Assembly (NCBI RefSeq): GCF_037042905.1
Contig: NC_087252.1
Location: forward strand, 1,798,001 to 1,862,000
Direction of reading: 5' to 3'
Origin: Lytechinus pictus
Taxonomy: Eukaryota
Length of the DNA: 64,000 nucleotides
Shown: in pieces, positions 38,890 through 52,708 of the stretch
Numbering within the stretch: position 1 is the first letter of the stretch
How the letters are laid out: every line of letters begins with the position of its first letter
The notes under the pieces: generated by a model
Database searches by the model: none
Seen by the model: only the letters and a program-made list of their open reading frames with translations
What the model was told of the DNA's origin: nothing
Position numbers and translations under genes: made by a program

Positions 38890-40933
38890 CAGGGGCGGAT
38901 CCAGCCTTCGACAATAGGGGGGGGGGGGCCCGGAATTTTTTTTCAGCCATATTTTCCCCGATCGGCCGCTCGATGATTTTTGGTTTCTTTGAAGGGGTAG
39001 TCCTAATACAATAGTCACTTCCTAGCTTTATTATTATAAATCAACATAAATATATCATATCATAATCCTTATTTATATAATGCGAGCGCGAAGCGCGAGC
39101 TAAATTTTTTTATAAATTTTATGTATTTTTTTCCTAAAATTTGAACATTCTGGGCAATGTTTGTTATCCTGAAAAAGATAATTACTACAACGCGAAGCGC
39201 GAGCAGAAATGAACTGATGGAAAAGGTACCTGTTAAAGACTGCATGCAGTTAGCCATGAAGATGTTACATATTTTAAAAATCAAATAATGCGAGCGCGAA
39301 GCGCGAGCTAAAATTTTTTAAAATTTTTAACTAAAGAATGGAAATTCTAAATACCTTTTGTAACTTAAACAGAACAAGTAAAAAAATAAACAATTGATGC
39401 GAGCGCGAGCGGAAAATTTCGAGATTTAGACGTACTGAACGAGACACTCATTCATGTTTTGTAAATCATGAAAAGGATTAGGAGTAATTGGGGATCTTCC
39501 TTACATTAACAATGCGAGCGCAAAGCGCGAGCAGAAAATTTTTATATACGTTTTGAACTGATCGAAAAGGTACCTATTAATGACTGCTTGCACTTAGCCA
39601 TGAAGACGTTGCATATTTCAACAATCAAATAATGCAAGCGCGAAGCGCGAGCTGAAATTTTTTGACATTTCTACGCAAAGAATGGAAAATATTGATCAAT
39701 TTTTGTAATCGTGAATAGGATAGCTATATAACTAAACAATTGATAATTTGATGCGAAGCGCGAGCGGAAATAAAATCGAGATTTAGACCTAAAAACGGGA
39801 CACTCTATTCACGTTTTGTAAATCATGAAAAGGATGAGTAATAGGGGATCTTCGTACATTAATAATGCGAGCACAAAGCGCGAGAAGAAAATTGTTGATA
39901 TTGTGATCTGAAACTGGATAATGATTTAAATTAAGACAACAAGTTGAGTATCTGTGCGTGTTTCATATTTAGACCTAGAATCTAGGCATTCTAAATAATC
40001 TTTTATCATGAAAATCAAAGCGAGCGCGAAGCGCGAGCTTAAACTATTTGATATTCCGATCTGAAAAAAGAGTTTTGACATAGGACCGGGACATCCTTAG
40101 GACATGTCATCTTATGAAAATAATGACTGTCTTCCTATTCCTCTTGCTAAGCGCGAGATGAAACAAAAGGGACAATTTAATTATTAAATTAATATCTTAT
40201 TCATTAATGCCTAATGAGGGCGCGAAATCTGATGATATTATGGCGTGAAAACTGGACATTTCAAGCACTTTTGTAATTATAAATAGGATGCATCAGTAAA
40301 TATATTTAAACCATTAAAGCGAACACAAATTGCGAGCCTAATTTTTTTATACACTGTCATGAAAAAGGGATTTTAAGTAATTTGTTGTATAATCAATATT
40401 GAGACATACATAACTCGCCAATCAAAATGCGAGCGTGCAGCGCTAGCTGATACGTTTTTACAATCAGACCTGAAAAGGGATGTTTGAAAATTTATGGAAT
40501 ACACGAAAATAAAATGTACCTGATAAATCAAAATTTGCGAACACACAGCGCCAGCAGAAAATTTTAATAGACCATAAAACTTAAAATTTTCAGAGCACTT
40601 TTTAAAAATCACACAAAATAATGAAAGTTCGATTTCCGAGATAAAATACGTTTTGTATATTGACTTCCAAACTTGATATCTAAACTCCATATTGAACAAG
40701 ATATGAAAATCACCTAACAGGCAACGCGAGCGCGAGCGAAAATTTTATATAGTGACATGAAAGATTCTTTTTATTTTCCAAGTCTTCCCCTCATTTTATT
40801 CTATTCACTCGTCTTCCTTTTCTTCTTTTTTCCTCTCTTTTCCCTCCTTTTTTTTCTTTCTTTCCTTTTTTTTTTGCTCCGCCAATAGGGAGGGGGGGGG
40901 GGGGGGGCCCGGGCCCCCCTGGATCCGCCTATG
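38890..40933. mobile_element. Nest layer 5, hAT-like with periodic gcgagcgcgaagcgcgagc motifs
   Basis: TIR caggggcggatccag / ctggatccgcctatg; flanked by tatata on both sides. An inverted partial copy lies at about 32232-32600. Confidence 0.75.
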
Positions 40934-41084
40934 TATATAGGTGTACATAACTCACCAAAATGCGAGAGCACAGCGATAGCATAGGCCTTCATTTTTTTAG
41001 AATCGAGACACCTGAAAAAGAATATTTAGATAATCTTATATGAAATCTTATATGAACATCAAATCGACGTCCGGGTCAACATCT

Positions 41085-41580
41085 CCCTCTTTCGTTTCCC
41101 ATCTCTTATTCTTTTTTTTTTCTTTCTCTTATCCTCAGTCCCCTTCCTTTTTCTTTCTTTCTCTCTTTCTTTCCCCCTCTTACTCTCCCCTTGTCTTCCT
41201 CTCTTCTTTTCCTTCCTCCTCTCTCTCTCTTTTTCTTCTCTTTATTTTCCCCCTTTCTTCTCTTTTTTCTTGTCTTCATTTCCCCCTTTTCTTCTCTTTT
41301 TTCCTCATCTTTTCTTTCCCCCTTTTCTTCTCTTTTTCCCGTCTTTTCTTTCTCTCTTTTCCTCTCACTTTTCTTTTTTTTTCTTTTCTTCCTTTTCCCT
41401 CCTCTCTTTTTTTCTCTTCTTTCCCCCTTTTCTTCTCCATTTTCTTTGTCTTTCCTTTCCCCCTTTTCCTTCTCTTTTTTTTCTTCTCTCCCTCTCCTTC
41501 CCCCTCTTACTCTCTTTTCTATTCTCTTCTTTTCCCATCTTCCTCTCTCTCTTTTTATTCTCTTCCCCCCTCTTTTTTTG
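41085..41580. repeat. About 490-bp polypyrimidine/polypurine tract
   Basis: Almost exclusively C/T on the plus strand. Confidence 0.9.
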
Positions 41581-42854
41581 AGCTGGGGTGGGGGGTGAGA
41601 CAGTTCCCCTCGGCCCCCCATGGATCCGCACCTGATGATAGAACCCCATGGTCTCGTATCATTTGACCTTTGGACCTCTCGATGACATTTGATATATCTG
41701 ATCATAATTTTACACACACTGCGGACTATCGGACCCGCGGTCTATCGGACCTGCGGACTATCGGACCCGCGGTCTATCGGACCCGCTGACTATCGGACCC
41801 GCGGTCTATCGGACCCGCGGTCTATCGGGATGTCCCCGAAACCTTAGAATGCCCCACTTCAGGTCTGAATTATCTAAGTTTTCAGCTTGCGCTTCGCGCT
41901 CGCATTGTTTAGCGAGACAGGTACCTATCATGATTACACAAATTTGATTATAATGTCCCTTTTTAGGTGTGAATATAAACAAATTTCAGCTCGCGCTTCG
42001 CTCTCGCTTTATTTGATCAGTGAGATACATATCCGTTTAATGACATTGTCCTTAAAATGTCTCTATTAGGTCACTCACTCAGTCATTCAAAAATTTTGCT
42101 GGTGCCCCCCCCCCAATTGCCGTGACCCACGGTACGCCACTGTGGACATATCAATGACAATTCCTTGCATATCTAAAAACATGATTGCAAAAAAATGCCA
42201 AAATATTTCAGTCATCCCCCCCCCCACCCATCAACACGGATTTACGCCAGTGATTTTCATAATCTGGGAAAGCCTTGCTTCCCTTGTTTAGGATGCTTTT
42301 CGAAACCGCATGGTCGTGCCTGGTATCCAATCGTCAATGGAAGTGCCCCCCCCCCGGGGGAATTCGAATCTAATCCCACATTTCTAGGGAAAGTAAAACA
42401 TAATGCCCATTACATTGTGTGCTAGAGGCATATCGTTTGTGTAGAAGGAGTAAACAAAAGAAAAAACCCCGCAAATTCGACTGAATTTCAGACGTATATG
42501 CCTATTGTATATGCATGTGTACATATCAACGCATGCGAAATGGTTTCGGCTGGAGAGGTGTTCTGACCCATGGAATCAATCGCCAGTGATCCACCAATAA
42601 TCCACATTAAATGCAATATCGATTCGATGGACTGTAATGATCTACATCTAAGCCTTAATTCAGTAAGTTTTTCCTCACTCAATATGTACTCGATTTGTTT
42701 TAAAAACCACTTTCTTATCCATATCATAATCTATTGTGGGCCCTGCATTTCGAATATCTACAGCCAGCTGTCATAGTAGAGGCTCGCCGCCGGCTCAGGG
42801 GGCATATACATTCATGAAAACGGGATTTAATCTCGCAGGATGGTGCAGGTGTCG

Positions 42855-43398
42855 CCCGGAGGGGGGGGGGCACTCAGTATATAATGCATAGTGGGTATGT
42901 GCCGCGGAGGGGACCCCCATTTTTACACTCAAATTTCCGTTCCAGGGCATAGCATTTTCATCTTATTAAGAAAAAGAACTAAGAAAGCCGCTTCGAAGCA
43001 TAGCATTTTCTTCTTATCGAGAGAAAAGAAGAAGGAAATCCGCTCCAAATCTTCGCATATTTTTCGTTACGCCGTTCCGGTCGCATTGATCCGCCACGAT
43101 GAGCTGCAATTTTGGTAAAAACCGGCCGCTGAGCGCTGTCCGACCATCGCCTCTGCGCGAGCGCACCCGGCACCCGTGCCGCTGGGCAAGCTGCATACAC
43201 GTATGCCCGTTCCCGTTCCATAGGGATGCACACGCAAGCGCTCCGTTCCAAGGACCCCCGTTTTCACAAACATTTGTATTTCCGAAGCCCGTTCCGAGGA
43301 CCCTCTTTTTTACAATAAGTCCGCTCCAAGGCCACCGGTTTTTGTCTCGCCCGCGGCACACACCTACCAATTTTTTGGTCGAGTACCCCCCCGGGGGG
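42855..43398. mobile_element. MITE with CCCGG(G)n termini, GC-rich interior
   Basis: cccggagggggggggcactc...gagtacccccccggg; repeated ccgttcc/ccgctcc motifs. Confidence 0.65.
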
Positions 43399-44329
43399 TG
43401 TCGCGTGAAAGAATTTTGCACACGAAAAGCAGAATTATAGGTCCTGTATCACAAAGCTTAGCAATGAATGTAGAACAGTTTTCTATGATTGATTCCATTG
43501 ATTATAATGTACAATTGATCGTGAAAATCGAATGTACGATTAATCGCTAATTTTTGTTTTAGGGGACCCTAATGTTACCGTCCCTGAGGTTTGCGAAAGG
43601 TGGCAATTATCGGTTGTAACAGGGCCTAGTAATCACACGCGTGTGGCGCATGCATGTGGCTGTATACACAGCATGTATGCTTTTTATTTCGCTGACCCGA
43701 GAGAGGTAAAGGGGACTGGGAACTTGGAAGCTATACTCAGGGCTGCGAAAAAGAAGTTACGAATTAGTAAAAAAAAATGTAAATAATGCGACCAAAACAG
43801 GGGCCGCGGAAGCGGGGGGGGGGGGGGCTTCAGCCCCCACTTTTTTCCAAACCGTGTACAAAAACGTAAAAATGACCATAGGATTGTATTTTTTTGCATG
43901 GTCAGCCCCCCACTTTTGGCTCAGCCCCCACTTTGAAAGCTGTTCCGCGGCCCCTGCAAAATACCACAAACAAACCCCCTCATGACAATCTGCCAACAAT
44001 TTAACCATGTTCAGAAAATAATCCAGCTCGATTGAGTGGAGAACCAAGGAGAAAAACGATTTCAAACAAACAGAAGGACACACAAGATTAGCCAAAATAT
44101 AATAAGGATTCCCCTAACGTTATTGTAATATTTAATTGACTTGTAACCCCTAAATACATTTTCATGGTCTTTATTTATCAAAAATAAAATTATTCAACAT
44201 CCAGGTTTCATTACAAATAGCCATCATTCTTTCTATTATTCACAAATAAAATACGAATTTAATAGATACATTTCTTTTTTCTTTTGGTGGAATCATGCAT
44301 TGACATATATAGATATTTATTAACTTTTG

Positions 44330-45015
44330 ACCTTTGACTTCAGATTTCAAAGGTGAATGATTATTCTTTATGATTATTTTGTGCCTTTTTATAATCTTTC
44401 AAAAATTGCTCTCTGACACCAAGATCACCAACTTGCTGCAGTTTATCTCAGAGATACCATTATACGATATGTAAAAAGGTCATTGAACTTTGCCCTTGAA
44501 CTTTATGGATTAATATGCATTCTATAGGAGATTAATTTTATCTTATTTGATCTTCCTATAAGAATCTGACAGGTGCATTTTGACACAACGATCACCATAT
44601 ATGCTGTTATACAGTAGGGCCTATGGTATATACTTTAAAAAGTTTCATTGACTTTTGGAAGGCTTTGACCTTGAATTCATGAGTGAATTTGCATTCTAGG
44701 TGCTTGATTTGATCTTATTTGACCTTCCTGTAAGAATCTGTCCATTTTGACACCAAGATCACCAACCTGCGCCTTTTCATCTCAGAGATACCATTACACC
44801 GTATGATATATAATGTGAAAAAGGTCATTGACCTTTGAAAGGCTTTCATCGTGAATTTTATGGATGAATGAGCATTCCAGGTAATTAATTTTATTTCATT
44901 TGATCTTCTTGTAAAAATCTGTGCATTTTGACACCATGATCACCAACCTGTAACATTTTATCTGGGAGATACCATTATTCAGTATATTTAAAAAGGTCAT
45001 TGACCTTTGACCTTG
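44330..45015. repeat. Diverged tandem repeat, about 170-bp period, about 4 copies
   Basis: Recurring tgacaccaagatcaccaac...aaaaggtcattgaccttt at about 44413, 44580, 44747 and 44929. Confidence 0.7.
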
Positions 45016-45479
45016 AAAAAAAAACGCTTTCCCCGCCCCGTATTCCTCTTATCTTTTTTGGGGGGGGGGGTAAATGTTGACACCCATACCTACTCAAATC
45101 AGTTGAAAAACCATGTCCAATAATTTTATTCCAGGGGCCCGTTTCATAAAGGACTGGCAACTGTTGTAACTTTGCCATAATGGCAACTGCCATGGTAACA
45201 TGGCTCAGCAGCCAATCAGATTCAAGTTTTCCATGGTAGTTGCCATTGATTTTATGCATGTCATCCGTCCTTTTAAACCGTTGATAACATATTTATATAA
45301 CTGCTTTGAACAGACCTTGTCTAGTGTTACATTTCTTCCCAATAGTTGTAAAGAGATATGGTCGTCAAGGGACTGATTACTTTGTAATGGATTTGGTGGA
45401 CTATAAAATACCCCCAAAATGTCCCTTTTTGTTCTTTTTTATCATGCTTATGGTGGTGATACAAAATATTTATCCTTAA

Positions 45480-46110
45480 AGGGATGGTCCAGGCTGAAAA
45501 TATGTATATCTAAATAAATAGAGTAAAATTCACAAAGCAAAATGCTGAAAATTTCATCAAAATCGGATAACAATTTACGAAGTTATTGAATTTAAAGTTT
45601 ATCAATATTTTGTGAAAACAGTTACTAGTATATGCACATCGTCATGAATATTCATTAGGTGGACTGATAATATCATATCCCCACTTTCCTTATAATATGT
45701 TATTGCATGAAATCAAAATTGTTTCATTTTTTTATACATGTGAAAATGATGTGTCTCCATTATGATAAAATAAGTTGCGGCAATAAATAACTAATGCACC
45801 TAATCAGTTGTCACTCTAATTGTTTCACTCTAATTGTTTTAATTCTTGGTAGAAAAAAAAATGAATAAACCTAATTTCATATCCCGATAATAAAATACAA
45901 AAGAACAAGTGGGGATGTGACATCATCAGCCCACCTAATGAATATTCATGAAGACATGCATATAACTGTTTCACCGGAATAGTGCACATCTTTAAAATTG
46001 AATAACTTCGTTATTTGTTATCCGATTTTGATCAAATTTTCAGCATTTCGCTTTGTGAATTTTACTCTATTTATTGAGATATAAATACATATCCAGCCTG
46101 GACCATCCCT
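45480..46110. mobile_element. Kolobok-like MITE, family 3
   Basis: TTAA|AGGGATGGTCCAGGCTG...CAGCCTGGACCATCCCT|TTAA. Confidence 0.8.
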
Positions 46111-46618
46111 TTAATGTATTCTTTGAAAATTTGTATCACCTGCCCACCTATGAAATATATACAGAAGTACTGGGAGAGTTGTTCACAAGTGACATCACAC
46201 ATCTTTGTCCCATTGCAAATAGGAGGATCTCCATAGCATTAATGATCGCAATATTAAAATGTTCATAACTTTCTCATTATTTGTCCGATTTTTTTTCAAA
46301 CTTTCATTGATCTGTTTCTTTGATTTTTCTGTTTTTACACAAACTATCTTGTTCCAAAGGATTTATTTTCATTTAAGAGATGATCGGGGAAGCGTTTCAT
46401 TAAAGAACCCGTCAGATATTTTATCCTACAGATAGCATAGTAACGGTGCTTCTCAGCCAATCAAAATTAAGGGAAATTCGAAGATCGGACAACTTGTCGG
46501 ACGAAAAATGTTGATGAAACGCTCTTCACCTGGCAAGTTTTTGGATCTCGTAATGTATGTTTACATCTCGACATTCGATCGTCTCTTTGTGATTCGCATT
46601 GAGAATTTGCCTTATCAA

Positions 46619-47621
46619 AGGACAAGTCCACCCCAATGAAAAGATGATTTAAATGAAAAGAGAAAAATCTAAGAAGCACAACACTTAAAATTTCATAAAA
46701 ATCGGATGTAAAATAAGAAAGTTATGACATTTTTAACTTTCGCTTAGCCAGTTAATTTCACTAAATAGTTATATGCACATCCTGGTTGGTATGCAAATGG
46801 GCGATTCCATGCTAGAAAAATCAGCCATTTTCACAACATTCTTCAACCTGCTGTCCGAACAAACGAAGAACTTCAATTTGCTTAGTGGTAATATTAGAGT
46901 ACTACTGGGTAGACATGCAAAAAACTGACTACCAACAAAAATATGTTGTCCATAGGTGAATAAGAGCTTAAAATGTTGCGTGTCGTACGGGACATTTCTG
47001 CGTCCCGTACGACCCACAACATTTTCACCTATAATTTACCCATAATCAATTTTTTTGTGTTGGTTATTAGTTTTTCACATGACTACCCACTATAGCTTTA
47101 TCATTGACAAAAAAGAATATTTTATTGCTCAAGCATTCGGCTAGGAAACTAGAAATTGTTTTCAAAATGTCCCGTACGACACGTATGGAATCGCCCAAAT
47201 GAGGGAACTGATGACATCACCCACTAACTATTTCTTTTGTATTTTGTTATATGAAATATTTTAAAATGTCTTCTCATTGTCCTGTGAAAGAAAGTTTTAT
47301 TTCGCCCTGTGGAATGACCATTGTTTAACATTTTATGGTCCAGTCAAGTTGGTCCTTATTGTCAAATCTGTAAAAAATGAAATATTGTATAATTCAAACA
47401 ATAAAAAAAACAAGATAAATAGTGAGTTAGGGACATCATCAATTCTGTCATTTGCATGTGACTAAATTGTGCATTCAAATATTTTGTGAAAAATAAGTGA
47501 ACATTTGAAATGTCATAACTTTCTTATTTTACATCCGATTTTGACGAAATTTTCAGCATTATGCTTGTCTGATTTTTCTCTATTGATTCAAATCAACATT
47601 TTTCTGAGATGGACTTGACCT
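46619..47621. mobile_element. Kolobok-like MITE, family 2, interrupted by a Sola-like element
   Basis: AGGACAAGTCCAC...TGGACTTGACCT|TTAA. Confidence 0.78.
46799..47196. mobile_element. Small DNA transposon with GGG termini and 4-bp TSD (Sola2-like)
   Basis: aaat|GGGCGATTCCA...TGGAATCGCCC|aaat; internal tgtcccgtacgacac motifs. Confidence 0.8.
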
Positions 47622-48079
47622 TTAAGCGGAAATTGATCATGAATGATTGCATACCTTAGTTGCTTTTAAAATTATTTTCCCGTCTATTACCTTTCATAAT
47701 AATGATATTGGCTGTCACGCGTCGCAGCTACCATTACCGTAAAATGCCTATGACTACAGGTGAATAAGCAGAGAACCTAAATATTTTCTTTTTTTTGTGT
47801 GTGTAAAAAGCTGCAGGCCTAATGGTTGATTTGGCGACGTTTCGGGAAACACAGATCTATCTGGCAAGATACCTATAGTTCTTTAAAAAGGAAAGAGAAA
47901 CGACATATAAACCAGTCTACGTGCTAAAGAAAAAAAAAACATGGAAAATATTGTTTTATGGACTGTCAATTGCTTTAATTAGGATTTAAACTCATGTGAG
48001 CTAAGTGGGCTTTTGAATGTTATGTTTAGGAATCCTGAAAGATTATCCAGCGGATGGGCGAACCATTTTCAACTTTAAA

Positions 48080-49066
48080 ATGATGACTGCTGTCAATACA
48101 ACTGTGATTTCTCTTCCTAATCCCCCAGTATACACCGGGGTTTGCGTCACGTGTGCTGTTCTCATCATGTCTAGTTCAGTCGTAGGGAACTTCTTGGTAA
48201 TAGCAACCTTTCTCAAAACTGAACGTCTGAGGACACCTACATATTATCTTCTCTCCAGTTTAGCCGCTATAGACTTTATAATCGGTTTGATCGGAATCCC
48301 GTTGGAAGTCTATCGGAGAGTTGCATTTTCTGACATAACATGTCTTGAAATGTACTCAAGGTATTTTTCGGCATTCAGCTATTTTTTTGGCACCAATAAT
48401 CTATTTCATATTGTCATGGTAACATGTGACCGATATATCGCTGTTCATCGACCTCTCCGATACCAAACTCTCGTCACCACGAAGCGAATCGCAATCGGGA
48501 TACTCATAAGTTGGTTGATGAGTATCATTGGGTTTATGCTTCAACAAGTCAGCAATTTAGAAGAAAGTCCAACTACCGTTACAGTATACTGCTCTGGGAC
48601 TACTTTCCAGTATGGTCTTGGCAGTAGAATATGGTTTTTCCTTGTGACGACAGCGATCATCGTATCGGTATCAACCTTACTTGTCCTCAACATGCTGATT
48701 CTGCGAACGGCAATGCGACATGCTCGCCGAATAGCCGATATGGAGCAGGCTATCGGCAGAGCACAAGACGATATTACCGCTTCTCGTGTTAAGGCATCAC
48801 AGAAAGTTACCTTCATCACTCTTGCCTTTTTTATTTCATGCATCCCAATGAGTATTGTTCACATCATTTTGGTTTTCGATACTGAGGCTCATCTGTACTC
48901 TCGTCCATTTGATGACGTCGCAATGTTCATGTTTTACTGCGGATCTGCTGTAAATCCAATTATATACTGCTACTACAATCGCACATTCCGTGAAAATGCC
49001 CTGAAGTATTTTAAGAACAAAACTGTTTGGAGAAAACTTTGTTCTACCGAATCTACATTTGCTTAA
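48080..49066 (+). CDS. Intronless class A (rhodopsin-like) GPCR, paralog A1
   Basis: Seven hydrophobic segments, GN in TM1, LAxxD in TM2, DRY, NPIIY. Start placed at the ATGATG at 48080 by collinearity with the 55002 paralog (same 987-nt length). Confidence 0.93.
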   Translation: MMTAVNTTVISLPNPPVYTGVCVTCAVLIMSSSVVGNFLVIATFLKTERLRTPTYYLLSSLAAIDFIIGLIGIPLEVYRRVAFSDITCLEMYSRYFSAFSYFFGTNNLFHIVMVTCDRYIAVHRPLRYQTLVTTKRIAIGILISWLMSIIGFMLQQVSNLEESPTTVTVYCSGTTFQYGLGSRIWFFLVTTAIIVSVSTLLVLNMLILRTAMRHARRIADMEQAIGRAQDDITASRVKASQKVTFITLAFFISCIPMSIVHIILVFDTEAHLYSRPFDDVAMFMFYCGSAVNPIIYCYYNRTFRENALKYFKNKTVWRKLCSTESTFA

Positions 49067-51351
49067 AATTCAGAAACATAAGAGGTTTTGTAGACAGGGC
49101 GGCAGATGGTATGGCATGGGGAATAACTTTTATCCTGATATACGAGAATAACGCCTCGGCTAGCTCATCAGCATGATGGCCACTAAACGAACATGACGAA
49201 GGTCATGTATTAAGAATCAACAAAGAGAGCACTAAGATCCAAGAACTTGTAATTTGATCATCTAGGTTATTGTCACCGAGCCAATATTTCCAAAACGATC
49301 GATATAATGAGATCCAATTCTATCTCTTTTTCAGAATGTAGCAATGGTGATATCGAAATCTGGAGATTCTGGGTGGCACTTTTAAGCTTCCATACGAATA
49401 GATAATCACATGACGCGATCTCATGTCAAGATCTATTAGAAAAGATGATAGAAATCAATGGCAAGATGTAGACATTACGACATCCAAGAACTTCTGATCT
49501 TCTCTAAGTTCTTCAGAGTGTAGACATGGTGAGTTCTTAGTCATGTCAACGTCCATTTAATACAGGATAACAAAATGTTGATGAGATCCGAGATCTTGTA
49601 ATTTGATCATCTCTTTCACATAACGTTGGCATAACGAGATCCGAGATCTTGTCAGCTGATCATCATTCTGTTCTTCAGAATATAGACACGACGAAATCCC
49701 AGATCTTGATATTTGGACATTTGATAGCTCGTTTAAGCTTCTGTAGCATAGACATGGGAGAAGTAGTCGAGATCTGAGATCTCGTCATGTCTATTAGAAG
49801 AGATGATCAATTAATTTGCAAGATGTAGAAACTCCGACATCCACGAACTTGATCAGTTGACATCATCTATTTAGAAAAGATGAATATATAACAAGATGAT
49901 GATGAGATCTGGGATCCCGTAAATGGACCTTTAAAGGTTCCCTTAATATGTTTCTAATAACCTTAAACAGCCACTTTGAATTCTTCTTAAGTTCTTGAAA
50001 ACGATAACTTTTTGGGACCCTTTGTCGAGGGTTCCATATACCGGAAAAAAGGGTTCCAGTTCGCAGCTATCTTTTATCTAAGAGTAAATTAGCACGACTG
50101 GATCTGAGATCTAATTGCGTCTGATCACTTTATCGAATAGGAAGTAGACATAGGCTTGTGAGTTTGATGACGATGCTAATGGCTGCGTCCATGGTAAAGG
50201 GTTGTGTGTTTTTCAATGAGTTTCTTAATTCAATCTTAATTAATGCAATGTTCCATAGTATTGGTGCTTTATTACCCCCGACGAACGCACCCAGGTAGTG
50301 TGAAGACATGAGAAGCAGTAAATAAAGCCCTGGGACAAGCTAGGGTCTCGTTTCATAAAGAGTTATGATATGAAGAAAGTAACAAAATTCACTTTAAGCC
50401 AATCAGATTGGCGGATTTCAGTAGCTTTTAACTGCCATTGCAAATTCTCATGAAATTTGTCCCAGATGAAATTCAATACTGTAATTTCATATTGGCCTAT
50501 AATATGGATGTGTGTGAGGATGTGTGGATGAGAGTGTGTGCTGTATGATGAGGGTGTGTGCTGTATGTTGAAAAACAAATGCGTTAGTGTGTATGTATAT
50601 TATTATCTATTACATCATGATATTCTTGAAAAATTTACCTTTACTTAAATTAGCCGTTCTGAGGACTCTTATATATGCTTTAATATCTCTTCAGTTTGTT
50701 TTGTATGTTCTCCAATTATCTCCATCATGAACCTGAATAAAGAAAAAAAAATAACAAAAATTAAGCTATATTCAAAAGGGTAGTAAAATGAACGGGGCAT
50801 ATGAACCCCGTGCGCTGAGGTGCGGTAGGGGTAAATAAAAAACCCCATAATGTTATCTAATTATTGATTGATAGATTGTTAATTTGAATATTTTATATCT
50901 TTGTTTTTCTCTCTTTTCATTGCTGATTCCCATGAATTCCAATCTACATTAGAGACAAGTTACATGTTCTTATCATTATACATTTTCCATTCTCAATGGT
51001 CGCTGTACTATTGTGTAATTCTTGATAATACTTGTTTCAATGATTGTGCAGTTTGTTATGGGAGTTATATTGTAATTGTATATTTGATTTGAGAGAAGAC
51101 AATAAAAATACGCTATAAAACAAACAAAAACTATTGACCGACACATTACTGAAATTATTTTATTAATTAAAAAGATCGAACGATTCACCGATCTATAATA
51201 ATTGATTGATATAGAATTTCTTAATCGTTGATTGATCGATTTTTAGTTTGATTGACTAAAGTGACAGACACATTTAATGATCAGACCTATATAAACAGAT
51301 CTAATGATTGATTAAATCTATTGAATCGATTAATAACTTAATTGACTGATA

Positions 51352-51543
51352 CACTCTTGAAACACTGAGTAAAATTTTACCCAACACTTGGTAGAAAAGG
51401 AACATGCATGTTTGCTGGGTATTTTTTAACGCCATATTGGGCTATTTCAATGAAATATTGCGTAATGTTTTTACCCAATTTTACCCAACCAACATGCATG
51501 TTCCCATTTTACCCAATATTGGGTAGACCTTTTTTTTAGAGTG
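51352..51543. mobile_element. CACTA/EnSpm-like MITE
   Basis: ta|CACTCT...AGAGTG|ta, 2-bp TSD, ttacccaa subterminal repeats. Confidence 0.65.
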
Positions 51544-52708
51544 TACATAAGAATGTTTTTATTAAATAAGCAGATCGAATGATTAACCGATTAATTGATT
51601 AATATATTGAATGTTTTATAAATTTATCGATTTTTTTTAGTTTGAATAATGTAATGGTTAAATAGATTATTTTCAAAAGGAACGTCCAAGTAAGTTCATA
51701 ACAAATTACTCCAAGGGTGTAGGCTGGTTTGAGCATGGGGAGGTGCACATCCGGGGAGGTGGAACTCAAGTTTGGAAAATCAGCTGTTGAAAGTAGAAGA
51801 AAGGGTACACATTTCGTTTTGACTGCCAGTGTTGGAGCTCCTCTGCCTCAGCGGGAGGGTACATGTGCACCCAGTACACCCACAGCCTACACCCTTATAC
51901 TCCATAAAGAAGCCCTTATTAATTAACATAATGCATAGGGACGGACACGAGTGGTCGCACAATGGTTTTTATGCTACCATGCATCTGAAATAGTGCTGGA
52001 AACACTTAAAGTGAAGTAAAAGCGAACTCATATTCATATCATGGGGATCGACCGAAGTATGTAACGTCCAAGAAAGTTTACGACAAAATAAATCTGAGGC
52101 AGCAACCGCTGTCATCTCAAAACCCTAATTAATTAGTTTAATATATCGTGTCATGAACTGTATTTTAATGCTGCCGTGCATCTAAAATCAACAATGCGTA
52201 AAACACTTGAAGTAAATTTCGGTAGGCTAAAATATATTTATATATATATTTTTTCATTAAAATCCTGGCATGGATTTCATTTTAAGAGCTTGAGACCTTG
52301 CCCTAGTATCTATCAATCAAAGCTTACTATATAGCACTATTAGCTCGAATATTCATCCGATTTTGTTACTTCTTCTTGCAATTCCCATGATTCCTGAAGA
52401 TATATTATTTCCTTTGACATCGCTTGCTCATCTCAGAATCATTTATACAAGCACATCGTATACGATTGCACTTCTTGTTGTTCATACCATATAATACTCA
52501 TGAGGACCAATCGTGGCATACAAGTAAAGGAAGCCAGCTTTGAAGAATAATTAAAATCCTGTTAACTACCTAATTCTATAATTCTCATAAACTTCATTAT
52601 GACATCATCAGGAGCTATAGGCAATCGCTTTACAGCATATTAACCACTATATCTTGATTCATTTTGTTTCTCTATTGTTAAAATCTTTGAAATAAATCTG
52701 TGTACAAA

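Larger units (their letters stand above)
38193..41837. mobile_element. Nest layer 4, long-TIR element with 16-bp subterminal tandem repeats
   Basis: About 8 copies of ccgatagWccgcgggt on the left and about 6-7 inverted copies on the right; the inverted match extends about 215 bp. Confidence 0.8.
37739..42142. mobile_element. Nest layer 3, hAT-like
   Basis: TIR cagtggcgta / tacgccactg; 8-bp TSD tggacata. Confidence 0.85.
37313..42252. mobile_element. Nest layer 2, hAT-like
   Basis: TIR cactggcgtaaatcc / ggatttacgccagtg; 8-bp TSD attttcat. Confidence 0.85.
37115..42358. mobile_element. Outer layer of transposon nest (CCCGGGG-terminal MITE)
   Basis: cacttccattgaagagtggataccaggcgcgacca is inverted at tggtcgtgcctggtatccaatcgtcaatggaagtg; a related left end lies at about 13780. 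Confidence 0.78.

Noticed and set aside
41040-41717. Long Phe/Ser/Leu-rich and Lys/Arg/Glu-rich ORFs
   Set aside because: Artefacts of the polypyrimidine tract, which lacks stop codons.
48017-48079. N-terminal extension of GPCR A1
   Set aside because: The corresponding upstream frame is not preserved in paralog A2; both align from the ATGATG.
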